A stretch of DNA of 64,000 nucleotides from a candidate division WS6 bacterium GW2011_GWF2_39_15 (GCA_000993565.1 LBWK01000001.1:4695-68694), one strand, 5' to 3'; numbered from the stretch's first letter, positions 1 to 10,090 are shown. Program-made: numbers and translations. Notes: a model not told the origin generated them from the letters alone.

Positions 1-10
1 TCCTGAGCTT

Positions 11-1000
11 ATGAAATCTGTTAATGAACAGGTTATTCAAATGGCTGATCAGAAGTTGGGAGCAGAGAAGAAGGAAATTAGGGCTGATATGGAGGGAAAA
101 AGGAATGAAATTGAAAGACTTATCAAAATGATTCGTGAGGATCTGAATGAAAGCAAAACTAAGCTTTCCGATACAGAAAAGGAGCGGGCTAATATGTTCG
201 GCTCTCTTAAAAACTCCCTTGATGAATATAAAAAGATCACAGATCAGCTGGCTGTCAGTACAGAAAGCCTTAAAAAGGTCCTTTCTAATAACCAACTTAG
301 AGGTCAATTCGGGGAACAGGTTGCGGATGAGCTTCTTAAGATGGCGGGATTTGTGAGAGGGGTAGATTATGAGTTCAATAAGGAACAAGCAGGTTCAGAA
401 ACAAGACCTGATTTCTGTGTCTTTCTTCCGGATGGAACTAGGATCAATGTTGATTCGAAGTTCCCGTATTCAAACCTTCAGAAGAGTAGTGAAGCGACAA
501 GCGATACTGAGAAAAGAGAGTTTCTCAGACTTTTTGAGAGAGATGTGAGGGAGAAAATTAAACAAGTTACAACAAGAGATTATATTAACCCTGAGGATAA
601 AACAGTTGACTTTGTTATTCTCTTCATCCCAAATGAAATGATTTTTTCATATATTTATGATCAGTTAAATAGTGTATGGAAAGAAGCTATGGAAAAGAAA
701 GTAATTCTGGCTGGACCGTTTAGCTTCTCAGCCCTTCTTCGTATGATTAAGCAGTCTTATGATAACTTTAGAGTACAGGAGAACATCCAGAAGATTGTTG
801 GATATGTAAGAGGGTTGGAAAAGGAGTTTGTTAAATTCAGCGAAGAGTTTGGGAAGTTTGGAGATAGAATACAGCAATTAAACAGTCAGTATGAAGTTGT
901 AAGCAGAACGAGGGTTAACCAGATGAATAAAGCAATGGAAAAAGTCAGGCTGGAAGGGCCGGATGATTCAGCAGATAATCAACCGAGGTTGTTAAACTAA
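11..1000 (+). CDS. rmuC: DNA recombination protein RmuC family (frame open to window edge, probably 5'-truncated)
   Basis: Coiled-coil N-terminus, then RGQFGE, RPD..VDSKFP and VILFIPNE motifs typical of RmuC. Confidence 0.9.
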   Translation: MKSVNEQVIQMADQKLGAEKKEIRADMEGKRNEIERLIKMIREDLNESKTKLSDTEKERANMFGSLKNSLDEYKKITDQLAVSTESLKKVLSNNQLRGQFGEQVADELLKMAGFVRGVDYEFNKEQAGSETRPDFCVFLPDGTRINVDSKFPYSNLQKSSEATSDTEKREFLRLFERDVREKIKQVTTRDYINPEDKTVDFVILFIPNEMIFSYIYDQLNSVWKEAMEKKVILAGPFSFSALLRMIKQSYDNFRVQENIQKIVGYVRGLEKEFVKFSEEFGKFGDRIQQLNSQYEVVSRTRVNQMNKAMEKVRLEGPDDSADNQPRLLN

Positions 1001-1013
1001 ATGAGGATTCGTT

Positions 1014-1541
1014 ATGGCAGACTTAAAAGTTTTCACGGATGGACATGAACCTAAAACAATTTGCTACCTAATTCGTAAAAATAAAAGTGGGCAGAATGAA
1101 ATCCTTTTAGCGAAACATAGGAAACAGGGAAAGAGGAATGGAGTTGGAGGGAAAGTCGGGGACAAAGAAGCATGGAAGGATGAAACGATAGAGGAGGGTG
1201 CTATAAGGGAAGTAAGAGAAGAACTAGGAGTTGAAGTTAAGGATATGGTAGAAAGAGGTATCGTCAACTTCATTTTTGAAATGAACGGCAAGCTAGAAAA
1301 AGTTTGCGGGCATATATTTTTTATTACAAAATGGGAGGGTGAGCCTCAAGGTATAGAAGTAGATGACCCCCAATGGTTCAGCATTGATAGTATACCTTGG
1401 GAAGAACTATGGGAGAATGATAAGGAATGGTTGCAACCTTTACTTGATAATGAATTTGGTTTTTTGGAAGCTGAGTACGATTTTGGTAGAACCAGTGATG
1501 AGAAAGTTGCCGCCGTAAACTACTTTAAATGGAGAGTCTAA
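1014..1541 (+). CDS. NUDIX hydrolase (MutT/MTH1-like)
   Basis: GGKV...ETIEEGAIREVREELG Nudix box; PQWF...IPWEELWENDKEWL resembles MTH1-like enzymes. Confidence 0.85.
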   Translation: MADLKVFTDGHEPKTICYLIRKNKSGQNEILLAKHRKQGKRNGVGGKVGDKEAWKDETIEEGAIREVREELGVEVKDMVERGIVNFIFEMNGKLEKVCGHIFFITKWEGEPQGIEVDDPQWFSIDSIPWEELWENDKEWLQPLLDNEFGFLEAEYDFGRTSDEKVAAVNYFKWRV

Positions 1542-2635
1542 ATCTTCAGGTTTATATCGTATTGATATGTGTCAATATATTTTTTTGCCCTCTCAAGTAG
1601 TATTTCACATCTGTCCCCCCATTGCTGGGCTTGTGGTTTTAAACCTTTAAGTGCGTAGTACCAGTCTCTTCTTCTTACTATTTCTTGGTAACTGGCAATT
1701 GATACTATTTCATCATTGGTAATTGCCTCCTTTGCCATGTTTACACCCATATCTGTGGGGGATTTGTAGGTAGCTAAGAAATTATTCTTATCAACGATTC
1801 TGGATATGATTTCCCGCACTATTATAAATGCGGCTACATCACGATTGTAATTTACGGCAGAAATATTGTAGGCATATAGATGATGTTTATCGACCATATT
1901 AAAATCTCCTATATCAACAGTCGCAGCTTCATACGCTATGTTGATAGGGTGATTAACGGGAAGATTCCAAATTGGGAAAGTCTCATACTTAGCGTATCCC
2001 GAGTCTTCACCGTTGAGTTTGTCATGGTATATCTGACCCAAGCATGTGGACATTTTTCCGCTGTTTGATGCGGGTCCAACAACTAATACAAGTTTATTCA
2101 AGTGTTGCAGATACTCATCAGCACCGTACCCGTTTTCTGTTACAACGGAATTTGCGTCAGGGTATCCATTTATAAAGTAGCGGTTAATAACCTTGTAGCC
2201 CTCAGATTCCTTTTTGGTTCTGTATGCTGAAGCGGCCTCTTTATTCTCGGGGTTTATTAGATTAATGGAAATGTAGGGCTTTACTTTGATGATAGACTCA
2301 TATTCTGTAATCATAGAGTCAATAAAATCAGCGTAAGGGGTTGTATCGCTCTTAATATACCGATTCTCCTTTATATCCTGTGCGTTCACACAGTATATTA
2401 TGTCAAAAGGCACGTTGAACCCCTTAAATATTTCTATTTTGATTTTTGGATCAAAACCCGGAAGGACTCTTGAAGCATGTGCATCAAAAAGAAATTTACC
2501 CCCTATTTCAAGATACAACCTTCCTTTAGAAAATTTCGAGATACGATCTTGAAGTGCAGCAGATTGCTTTTGCTTATAAATCTCATTATCAAAGCCCTGG
2601 AGTGTGTATTTTAATGTATCTGTGCTTGTCATCAT
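1538..2635 (-). CDS. DUF1846/UPF0371 family P-loop protein
   Basis: LYLEIGGK, GPASNSGKMSTCL, GYAKYETFPIWNLP, NYNRD, YKSPTDMGVNM. Confidence 0.85.
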   Translation of the reverse strand: MMTSTDTLKYTLQGFDNEIYKQKQSAALQDRISKFSKGRLYLEIGGKFLFDAHASRVLPGFDPKIKIEIFKGFNVPFDIIYCVNAQDIKENRYIKSDTTPYADFIDSMITEYESIIKVKPYISINLINPENKEAASAYRTKKESEGYKVINRYFINGYPDANSVVTENGYGADEYLQHLNKLVLVVGPASNSGKMSTCLGQIYHDKLNGEDSGYAKYETFPIWNLPVNHPINIAYEAATVDIGDFNMVDKHHLYAYNISAVNYNRDVAAFIIVREIISRIVDKNNFLATYKSPTDMGVNMAKEAITNDEIVSIASYQEIVRRRDWYYALKGLKPQAQQWGDRCEILLERAKKYIDTYQYDINLKI

Positions 2636-2647
2636 TACATCCTACAT

Positions 2648-2677
2648 AAAAAAGACCGCTCAGTAAATGAGCGGTCT
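2648..2677 (-). terminator. Intrinsic terminator downstream of 2702..3316
   Basis: 10-bp stem AGACCGCTCA/TGAGCGGTCT followed by a T run on the minus strand. Confidence 0.8.
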
Positions 2678-2701
2678 CTAACAATTTATAGGTAAATCGT
2701 T

Positions 2702-3316
2702 TTACGCACTCTTCTTAGGTTCTGCCCATGCAAGATACCCTGGAAGAATAATATTAGCGATAGGCACTAACATAAGTAATCCAAGCCAGCTCTGAAAACC
2801 TCTTCTCTCTGCAATCTTCATGTAAATGTAGATAGCATATCCTAGATTTACTAACGGTACGAGGAAAAGAAGAAAAGTCCAGGCTCTTTGGTCTGCACAT
2901 TTAATTGCTAGAAATACATTTGCAATTGGAACCCATGCCATCCATGTATTTGGGACATTAAGTTTCTTTGCGGTTACCATAAGTGTTAACGAGTAGTAGA
3001 TGTAACCTGCCAAAGCAAATACAAGACTGATAACTAACATGGCGCCTCCAAACATTGTTGCGAAGACCCCTAATGCGGCGGCTTCTTCATCTGTTAGATC
3101 CGTAGTTGTTTCGGTATTGTTGAGGTCGTTCCATGTTGTATTCCATTCTGTCTCCCAGTCGTAGTTATAGCTGTCATCTGTTGATGTGGTGGTGTCGTCT
3201 TGAGTATTGTATAGAACAGCATCATCAACTACATCTTCAGCATACACAGTCATAGGGGAAAACAATCCTAATGCAAACAGACCAATTACTGCTGCACATA
3301 GCATTTTCTTTAGCAT
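2702..3316 (-). CDS. Membrane protein, DUF5684-like, with signal peptide and acidic Thr/Asp-rich N-region
   Basis: WMAWVPIAN and LVPLVN repeated TM motifs. Confidence 0.7.
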   Translation of the reverse strand: MLKKMLCAAVIGLFALGLFSPMTVYAEDVVDDAVLYNTQDDTTTSTDDSYNYDWETEWNTTWNDLNNTETTTDLTDEEAAALGVFATMFGGAMLVISLVFALAGYIYYSLTLMVTAKKLNVPNTWMAWVPIANVFLAIKCADQRAWTFLLFLVPLVNLGYAIYIYMKIAERRGFQSWLGLLMLVPIANIILPGYLAWAEPKKSA

Positions 3317-3404
3317 TAAATATTCTCTTATAATTTATACACTTACATTATTATGGTAAATCCTCTCGGTTTGCAAGACGGTAGAAGAAATGATAGTTTA
3401 TATT

Positions 3405-3980
3405 ATGTTTTCAGTAATCGATGGTAAAACTCCGGTTCTTCTTTCTGCTCCTCATGTATATAATCACTACAGAAAAAATTTGAATGGGGTTGTCAAACAG
3501 GGTGAGCTATGGACAGACAGCATTGTCAAAGAGACAGTTTCATTATCTGGGTGCAATGGGATAATTGTAGACAAGGATGTCGATTATGACCCTAACTACG
3601 ATAAGTTGGAGAATAATGAGTATAAGCAGAAGGTTGATAAGATCATCAAAGATAAGAAAATCAAATATTTCTTTGATATACATGGATTAAGTGATTCCCA
3701 TTGTTATGATTTCGGAATATTCTTTCCTTTTAGGTATCTTAAGTCTCAGAAACTTGCATATACACTTGCCCAGGAACTTTTAAAAGGCCCCCTGCGAGAT
3801 TCAATAGTCATTGTTCTTAATATGTGTGATGACAATCAAGAGACACTTACGGAGTACGTAGCTAAAAAGAAGAAAATCCCCGCAGTACAACTGGAGATTG
3901 CAAGGTATATCAGAGAGGATGATGCTTTGCGTGAAGCCCTCATTTCAACCCTTTCGAAGGTCATTTTAACTCTTAATTAA
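3405..3980 (+). CDS. N-formylglutamate amidohydrolase-like Zn hydrolase
   Basis: LSAPH, DIHG and AVQLEI motifs; second ATG preferred because TTGCAA-N17-TAGTTT lies just upstream. Confidence 0.6.
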   Translation: MFSVIDGKTPVLLSAPHVYNHYRKNLNGVVKQGELWTDSIVKETVSLSGCNGIIVDKDVDYDPNYDKLENNEYKQKVDKIIKDKKIKYFFDIHGLSDSHCYDFGIFFPFRYLKSQKLAYTLAQELLKGPLRDSIVIVLNMCDDNQETLTEYVAKKKKIPAVQLEIARYIREDDALREALISTLSKVILTLN

Positions 3981-3998
3981 AAAGTCAGGTATACCCCT

Positions 3999-4027
3999 TT
4001 GACCTACCGTATACTATCTGATATCTT
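3999..4027 (+). promoter_or_regulatory. sigma70-type promoter of recA operon
   Basis: TTGACC-N17-TATCTT with TG extension. Confidence 0.55.
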
Positions 4028-4073
4028 AAAGGTACAGACATAAGATTTATATATAAATTAATCCACTATTTAT

Positions 4074-5111
4074 ATGACACCACAAGCAAAAAAGGATGAT
4101 GTGAAGGATAAAAAGGTTGAGAGTACTGAGAATGTAGCAAGGAGGAAAGCCATTGATATGGCAGTGGCTCAAATTGAAAAGCAGTTCGGTCAGGGATCAA
4201 TTATGAAACTTGGAAGCCGTCAGAGGGTGGATGTTGCAGTTATTCCGACAGGAGCAATATCATTAGATCTTGCTTTAGGTATTGGAGGCATTCCAAGGGG
4301 AAGGATTATTGAGATCTATGGCCCTGAGTCTTCAGGTAAGACGACTTTGGCAATGCATATCCTTGCTGAAGCCCAAAAACAGGGTGAAACAGTCGCCTTT
4401 ATTGATGCAGAACACGCTTTTGACCCGACATACGGTAAAATAATAGGAATAAATATTGACGAAATGTTTATTTCTCAGCCTGATTTTGGAGAACAGGCAC
4501 TGGAAATACTTGAAACATTAGTTAGATCTTCAGGTTTTGGTGTTATTGTCATTGACTCAGTTGCCGCTTTAACTCCTAGAGCCGAAATTGAAGGAGAAAT
4601 GGGCGATAGTCATATGGGTCTACAGGCAAGGTTAATGTCTCAAGCTTTGAGAAAAATAACCGCAATTGCGAGTAAGGCGGGAACTACGGTTATATTCCTT
4701 AATCAGCTTAGAATGAAAATAGGGGTTATGTTTGGTAATCCTGAAACTACAACAGGTGGAAATGCATTAAAGTTCTATGCTTCTATCCGTATGGATATAA
4801 GGCAGAAAGAAAAGATTATGAAGGGTGATCAGGTTGTTGGGCATATTAGAGTTGTTAAAGTTGTAAAGAATAAGCTTGCTCCTCCATTTAGAGAAGCATC
4901 GTTTAGTATTATCTATCCAACTGGAATTGATAAAGAAAGCAGCTTGCTTGATGCTGCAATCAGCCGAGGTATTATACAAAAAGCTGGTGCGTGGTTAAGA
5001 TATGGAGATATACAGCTTGCACAGGGAAGGGAGTCTGCAATTGAGACATTAAAAACAGATAAAGCTCTTGCCGGAAAAATTGAAAAAGAGGTACGGGCAA
5101 CTTTGAAATAG
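4074..5111 (+). CDS. recA: Recombinase RecA
   Basis: [35 protein letters not shown]. Confidence 0.99.
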   Translation: MTPQAKKDDVKDKKVESTENVARRKAIDMAVAQIEKQFGQGSIMKLGSRQRVDVAVIPTGAISLDLALGIGGIPRGRIIEIYGPESSGKTTLAMHILAEAQKQGETVAFIDAEHAFDPTYGKIIGINIDEMFISQPDFGEQALEILETLVRSSGFGVIVIDSVAALTPRAEIEGEMGDSHMGLQARLMSQALRKITAIASKAGTTVIFLNQLRMKIGVMFGNPETTTGGNALKFYASIRMDIRQKEKIMKGDQVVGHIRVVKVVKNKLAPPFREASFSIIYPTGIDKESSLLDAAISRGIIQKAGAWLRYGDIQLAQGRESAIETLKTDKALAGKIEKEVRATLK

Positions 5112-5114
5112 GTA

Positions 5115-5768
5115 GTGAAAGTCACAGATATCACTCCACAACAGAAGAAAACAGGGAGATTTAATCTTTATGTAGATGGTGTTTTTACACTCGGACTTGG
5201 TAGTAGCACTATTGCTCTTTTTAATCTGTACAAAGGGAAAGACCTTTCTGACGAAGATTTAGATGAAATTATTAAATCAGAAATATATTCTAAGTTCTAT
5301 GATAGGGCTTTCACATACACAACAGGTGCTGTAAAAAGTGAGAAAACCGTAAGGCAGTATCTTAAAAGGGTATATTTAAAAAAGAAAAAAGTCTGGATAG
5401 GAGATAATCTGGATTATGATCTTGAAGAGACTATTTCTAAAGTTATCTCTAAATTGAAAGAATATGGATTATTAAACGATAAAGAATATGCACAACTATT
5501 TGTTTCTTCAAGGGAAAGAAGTAAACCGAGATCTAAGACGGCTATTGCCAATGAATTGCGCTTAAAAGGTATTTCCAATGAGGATATTGAAACTGCACTG
5601 GAATCAGTCTCAGATGATGATATGATCTATAATGTCTATGTTAAAAAGTATGGTGAAAAGCCATTTGATGCTAACGAGCAGCCAAAAGTAGTTGCATTTC
5701 TGGCAAGGAAAGGTTTTAGCTGGGATTTGATATCTAAATTGGAAAGAAGATTAAAAGGTGACATATGA
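5115..5768 (+). CDS. recX: Regulatory protein RecX
   Basis: Follows recA; LLNDKEYA, ELRLKGI, FLARKGFS. Confidence 0.92.
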   Translation: MKVTDITPQQKKTGRFNLYVDGVFTLGLGSSTIALFNLYKGKDLSDEDLDEIIKSEIYSKFYDRAFTYTTGAVKSEKTVRQYLKRVYLKKKKVWIGDNLDYDLEETISKVISKLKEYGLLNDKEYAQLFVSSRERSKPRSKTAIANELRLKGISNEDIETALESVSDDDMIYNVYVKKYGEKPFDANEQPKVVAFLARKGFSWDLISKLERRLKGDI

Positions 5769-7458
5769 GAGTAGTAAAAAATGGATAATACCTGAAAATA
5801 TATCGAGCAAAGATGGTATTGTTGAAGAGATCCTTACGAAGAGAGGTTTGAATAAAGACGAGTTCAATGATTATCTTAACCCCTCACTCTCATCAATTCC
5901 AACTTGGGAAAAACTATATGGAGCAAATAATGCAGCCGAAAAAATTATTAAGGCAGTAAATGAAAACAAAAGAATATTTATACATGGGGATTTTGATGTT
6001 GACGGTATATCCGCAACCGCAATAATGTGGGATTTTCTCTATAGAGAAGTATCCGATAAACTTGGCAAGAAAGTTCATGTTCTCCCATATATTCCTGACC
6101 GGGTTGATGAAGGGTATGGGCTCTCAAAATCATCGGTTGATGCCATGATTAAAGAGGGAGGCAATCTGATTGTAACTGTAGACTGTGGAGTTAGAGATCG
6201 TGTGTTGATTGAGGAATATATGCAGAACTCAGCGTGTGAGTTTATCGTAACTGATCATCATGCGCTTCCTGAAAATATTGAAGACATTAAATATACGCTC
6301 GTTCATCAGATGTTTCCACAAAGCGAGTATCCTGAACAAAGGATATCAGGAACATTTGTTGCGTTTCTTCTCACTCAGGCAATAAGGTCACAGCTTGAAA
6401 TTGATAGTGAGTTGAGTATTAATAGCCGTGGTCTAGATCTGGTCGCACTTTCTACTGTCACAGACATGATGCCGCTTGTGGGTATAAACAGAACCATAGT
6501 TAAGTATGGTCTGGAGCAGATTAGAATGGGGAGTAGATACGGTCTCAAATATATTATGGAACTGTCAGGAGTAGAGATTGCCGATACAGATTCATACCAT
6601 TTGGGATTTGTGATAGGCCCGCGTTTAAATGCTGCGGGTAGAATAGGATCTGCAATGGATGCTTTGAAGCTTCTAGTGACCAAAGATAAAATGAAAGCTA
6701 GGGAATATGCGGCTAAACTCCATAACCTGAATGTCCAGAGGCAGGAAACGACTCAGTCCATAATCAAAGAAGCAGAACAGATATTGAATATAGAAGACAC
6801 GCTCCTTTTTATAAGCGGGGAAGAGTGGCATGAGGGTATTATTGGTCTTGTAGCAGGGAAGTTGATGGAAAAGTATGGAAAGCCGGTTATTGTTGCTACG
6901 AAAACGGATAATGGCTCCTATAAAGGGTCTGCTAGAAGCATAGCTTCTTTTAACATTACGAAAGCGGTATCTAACTTCGGAGATTATCTGGAAAGGTATG
7001 GGGGACATGCTCAGGCGGCTGGTTTTACAGTTAAGCCAAATGAGCTAGAGAGATTTAAAAAGAAGCTTATTAAATACGCAAATGAAAACATTTCTACTGA
7101 TGTGTTAGAGAGAACGTTGGAGATCGATGCTATTATTGAGCCGACGGATGTTACACAGGATATGTATGGAGAGATTGATAAATTGAAACCGTTTGGATAC
7201 GGTAATTCAAAACCCCTCATTATGTTAAAAGGAGTTGAAATAAATGAGAAATATCTCATGAAAGGTGGTGAACATATTAAATTAAGATTACGTAGCGGTA
7301 TGAAGGATGTTATTGCTTTAATGTTTAACTGTAGAGAGGATGGAGAGAAACTAAATGAAGGAGATACAATTGATATTGCAGGTTCTCTGACGGAGAACAC
7401 CTGGAATGGTTTCAGAAGCATAGAGGTACAGGTGAAGGAATGGAGAAGTACTAATTAA
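5758..7458 (+). CDS. recJ: ssDNA exonuclease RecJ
   Basis: GDFDVDG, EGYG, TVDCG, TDHH, PRLNAAGR, GSARS, GGHAQAAG. Confidence 0.98.
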   Translation: MTYESSKKWIIPENISSKDGIVEEILTKRGLNKDEFNDYLNPSLSSIPTWEKLYGANNAAEKIIKAVNENKRIFIHGDFDVDGISATAIMWDFLYREVSDKLGKKVHVLPYIPDRVDEGYGLSKSSVDAMIKEGGNLIVTVDCGVRDRVLIEEYMQNSACEFIVTDHHALPENIEDIKYTLVHQMFPQSEYPEQRISGTFVAFLLTQAIRSQLEIDSELSINSRGLDLVALSTVTDMMPLVGINRTIVKYGLEQIRMGSRYGLKYIMELSGVEIADTDSYHLGFVIGPRLNAAGRIGSAMDALKLLVTKDKMKAREYAAKLHNLNVQRQETTQSIIKEAEQILNIEDTLLFISGEEWHEGIIGLVAGKLMEKYGKPVIVATKTDNGSYKGSARSIASFNITKAVSNFGDYLERYGGHAQAAGFTVKPNELERFKKKLIKYANENISTDVLERTLEIDAIIEPTDVTQDMYGEIDKLKPFGYGNSKPLIMLKGVEINEKYLMKGGEHIKLRLRSGMKDVIALMFNCREDGEKLNEGDTIDIAGSLTENTWNGFRSIEVQVKEWRSTN

Positions 7459-7475
7459 TATTATTTAAGACGAAC

Positions 7476-8000
7476 ATGCTTGAAGTTGAGAGACGATTTC
7501 TACTTAAGTATATTCCTGATAATGTGCGGGAGGTCGAAGGGACTTTAATGGAAGATTATATGATATTGACGGGAGAGATTCATCCTCATCTTAGGTTAAG
7601 AAGAAAGGGAAATCATTATGAGCTAACCAAGAAATATCAAAGAGATGTTAATGAGAAAAAGTTAGAAATGATTGAAGAAACTATTATTCTAGATCAAAGG
7701 GAGTTTGAAGCCCTCAGGCACCTGCAAACAAAAAGTCAGAAAAAATTCAGATACAGATTTGCTCAAGGTAAATATACTGCAGAGCTTGATTTATGGACTG
7801 AAGATTTAAATGGTTTAGGGATTGTAGAATTTGAATTTGACTCTAAAGAAGAAGCTTTAGCATTTCATCCACCTGATTACTGCTTAGTTGAGGTTACTGA
7901 CATGGAGTGGTTGGCCGGTGGGATGATTTCTGGAAGGAGATACAGTGAGCTTGAAAACCAACTTTCCAAGTTAGATTATAATCCCGTATTTCTCACCTAA
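7476..8000 (+). CDS. CYTH-domain protein
   Basis: N-terminal EVERRFL, LRLRRK, VEFEF, EVT. Confidence 0.85.
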   Translation: MLEVERRFLLKYIPDNVREVEGTLMEDYMILTGEIHPHLRLRRKGNHYELTKKYQRDVNEKKLEMIEETIILDQREFEALRHLQTKSQKKFRYRFAQGKYTAELDLWTEDLNGLGIVEFEFDSKEEALAFHPPDYCLVEVTDMEWLAGGMISGRRYSELENQLSKLDYNPVFLT

Positions 8001-8037
8001 TATTGTCCTTATAATTAATTAATGCTATCATTACCAC

Positions 8038-8177
8038 AAGCGACCAAGGAGAGTGTGAGCTTGGAAATTATGTGACACTAAACAATTATATAACCTACAA
8101 GTGTTCAATATTAGTAATATTGAAAACTGGGGTGGCACCACGGTAATATTATCGTCCCCTTTCTGAGGGGATTTTTT
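8038..8177 (+). promoter_or_regulatory. T-box riboswitch leader of aspS (abbreviated)
   Basis: Stem III 8104-8124; antiterminator GGGG-TGGCACC-ACG...CGT-CCCC at 8129-8159; terminator TCCCCT/AGGGGA plus T6 at 8155-8177; candidate Asp specifier GAC at 8074-8076. Confidence 0.85.
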
Positions 8178-8206
8178 ATTTTTACATAACCTTATATACT
8201 TTAAAT

Positions 8207-10090
8207 ATGGAAAGAACCAAAATTATTGAAACGAAAGAAAAAGCAGGAAAGAAAGTCTCTATTTCGGGATGGGTAACCACTGTACGTGATCACGGTCAGA
8301 TAGCATTCATAATGCTTAAAGATAGGAGTGCCTATGTTCAATGTGTTTTAAACGGAGGGTTAAAAGAGCCTGTCGGTGAGGGTTATGTCTTGGAAATAGT
8401 CGGGGAAGTCAAAGAAAGGCCTGAAAAGATGAGAAACGATAAGATTCCGACAGGAAATGTTGAGATTGAGGTAGAGAGCTATAAGGTTTTAAACATGTCA
8501 AAGGATCTCCCGATGCCTCTAAATACGGATGGGAAAAATATAAATGAAGAGGTTCGATTAAAATACAGATATTTGGATTTACGACGAGATAGGATGCAGA
8601 AAATTTTGAAACTCAGATCTGATTATATTGCTGCAGTTAGGGAGGAGCTCAAAAAGAGAGAGTTTATTGAGATTGAGACTCCCATGCTGACCAAAGCAAC
8701 AAAAGAGGGTGCCAGAGACTTTATTGTCCCTTCAAGGTTTAATCCCGGAAAGTTCTATGCATTACCTCAAAGTCCTCAGCAGTATAAGCAGTTGATGATG
8801 ACTGCTGGTATAGAAAGGTATTTTCAGTTTGCAAGGTGCATTAGAGATGAAGATTTGAGGGCAGATAGAGGGTATGAACATACACAGATCGACCTAGAAA
8901 TGAGCTTTATGAACCAGAAGGAAGTGATGCAAACGGTTGAAGACATTATAAAAGGAGCTGTCAGTGCCGTTGGCGGACGAATAAAGGAAGATCCGTTCCC
9001 TGTAATTAATTATAAAGAGGCAATGGAGAAGTACGGAGCAGATAAGTTTGATTTAAGAACTGAGGAGGAGAAGAAAAATAATGTTCTTGCATTCGCATGG
9101 GTTGTAAATTTCCCTTTTTTTAAAAAGGTTGATGCTGGTGATGAGGCCGAAAAGAGAGATGGAAAAAGCGGTTGGGTCTTCACACACAATCCGTTTAGCA
9201 GTCCAATTCCTGAGCATTTAGAATGGCATATGAAAGGGGAGAATATCGGGGAGATAGTTACAGCTCAGTATGACCTTGTTTGTAATGGTCTTGAGGCCGG
9301 AGGAGGGAGTATTAGAGCTCATAATCCTGAAGTTCTTAAACAAACATTTAGGATAATGGGATATAGCGAAGAGGAAATTCAGGAGAGTGTGGGTCATATG
9401 CTTGAAGCTTTTGAACTCGGTACTCCTCCACATGGTGGAATCGGGATGGGTCTAGATAGACAAATAATGCTACTTGCCGGTGAAGATTCTTTAAAAGAAA
9501 CTATTGCCTTTCCGATGACTGCTACGGGGAAAACAGCTGTGATGGATGCACCAAGTCCAATTGGTAAAAAAGATTTAGAAACACTGCATTTGGATGTTAC
9601 AGATAAGGGAGGCAGTATGGTAGACAGAATTAAAGAGACTCTAGACAGTTTAGGTATGGTCTATAAGTACATGGAGCATGAAGAGGTTCGAACTTCCGAG
9701 GAAGCGGCAAAGATCAGAGGGGTAGACTTATCAACTGGTGCTAAGGCTATGGTTATTAAATCTAAGGAATATGAGGGTAAGTACATCATGGTTGTTATTC
9801 CTGCTGACAGGCAGCTTGATCTTGAAAAAGTGAAAAACCAGCTTGAGGAGGAGTTTGAAATTGCCCCTGCCAAGGAAGTGGAGCAATATACCGGATTAAA
9901 GCTCGGTTCTATTCCACCATTTGCCAGGCTACTTAAGATGGATTTGTACTTTGATAAGGCGATGTATGACAAAGAGACCGTTGCGTTTAACTGTGGTTTA
10001 AGAACCGCATCAATAATCATGAAGGGATCAGACCTTATAAAAGCTGCAAATCCGGACAAAAAGTCAGAGAAATTAGAATTTGCACAATAG
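8207..10090 (+). CDS. aspS: Aspartate--tRNA ligase (no GAD insert) fused to a C-terminal YbaK/ProXp-type editing domain
   Basis: RLKYRYLDLR, EGARDF, LPQSPQ, RDEDLRADR, PPHGG..GLDR; last ~155 aa carry GAKAMVIK, GSIPPF, AFNCG. Confidence 0.95.
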   Translation: MERTKIIETKEKAGKKVSISGWVTTVRDHGQIAFIMLKDRSAYVQCVLNGGLKEPVGEGYVLEIVGEVKERPEKMRNDKIPTGNVEIEVESYKVLNMSKDLPMPLNTDGKNINEEVRLKYRYLDLRRDRMQKILKLRSDYIAAVREELKKREFIEIETPMLTKATKEGARDFIVPSRFNPGKFYALPQSPQQYKQLMMTAGIERYFQFARCIRDEDLRADRGYEHTQIDLEMSFMNQKEVMQTVEDIIKGAVSAVGGRIKEDPFPVINYKEAMEKYGADKFDLRTEEEKKNNVLAFAWVVNFPFFKKVDAGDEAEKRDGKSGWVFTHNPFSSPIPEHLEWHMKGENIGEIVTAQYDLVCNGLEAGGGSIRAHNPEVLKQTFRIMGYSEEEIQESVGHMLEAFELGTPPHGGIGMGLDRQIMLLAGEDSLKETIAFPMTATGKTAVMDAPSPIGKKDLETLHLDVTDKGGSMVDRIKETLDSLGMVYKYMEHEEVRTSEEAAKIRGVDLSTGAKAMVIKSKEYEGKYIMVVIPADRQLDLEKVKNQLEEEFEIAPAKEVEQYTGLKLGSIPPFARLLKMDLYFDKAMYDKETVAFNCGLRTASIIMKGSDLIKAANPDKKSEKLEFAQ

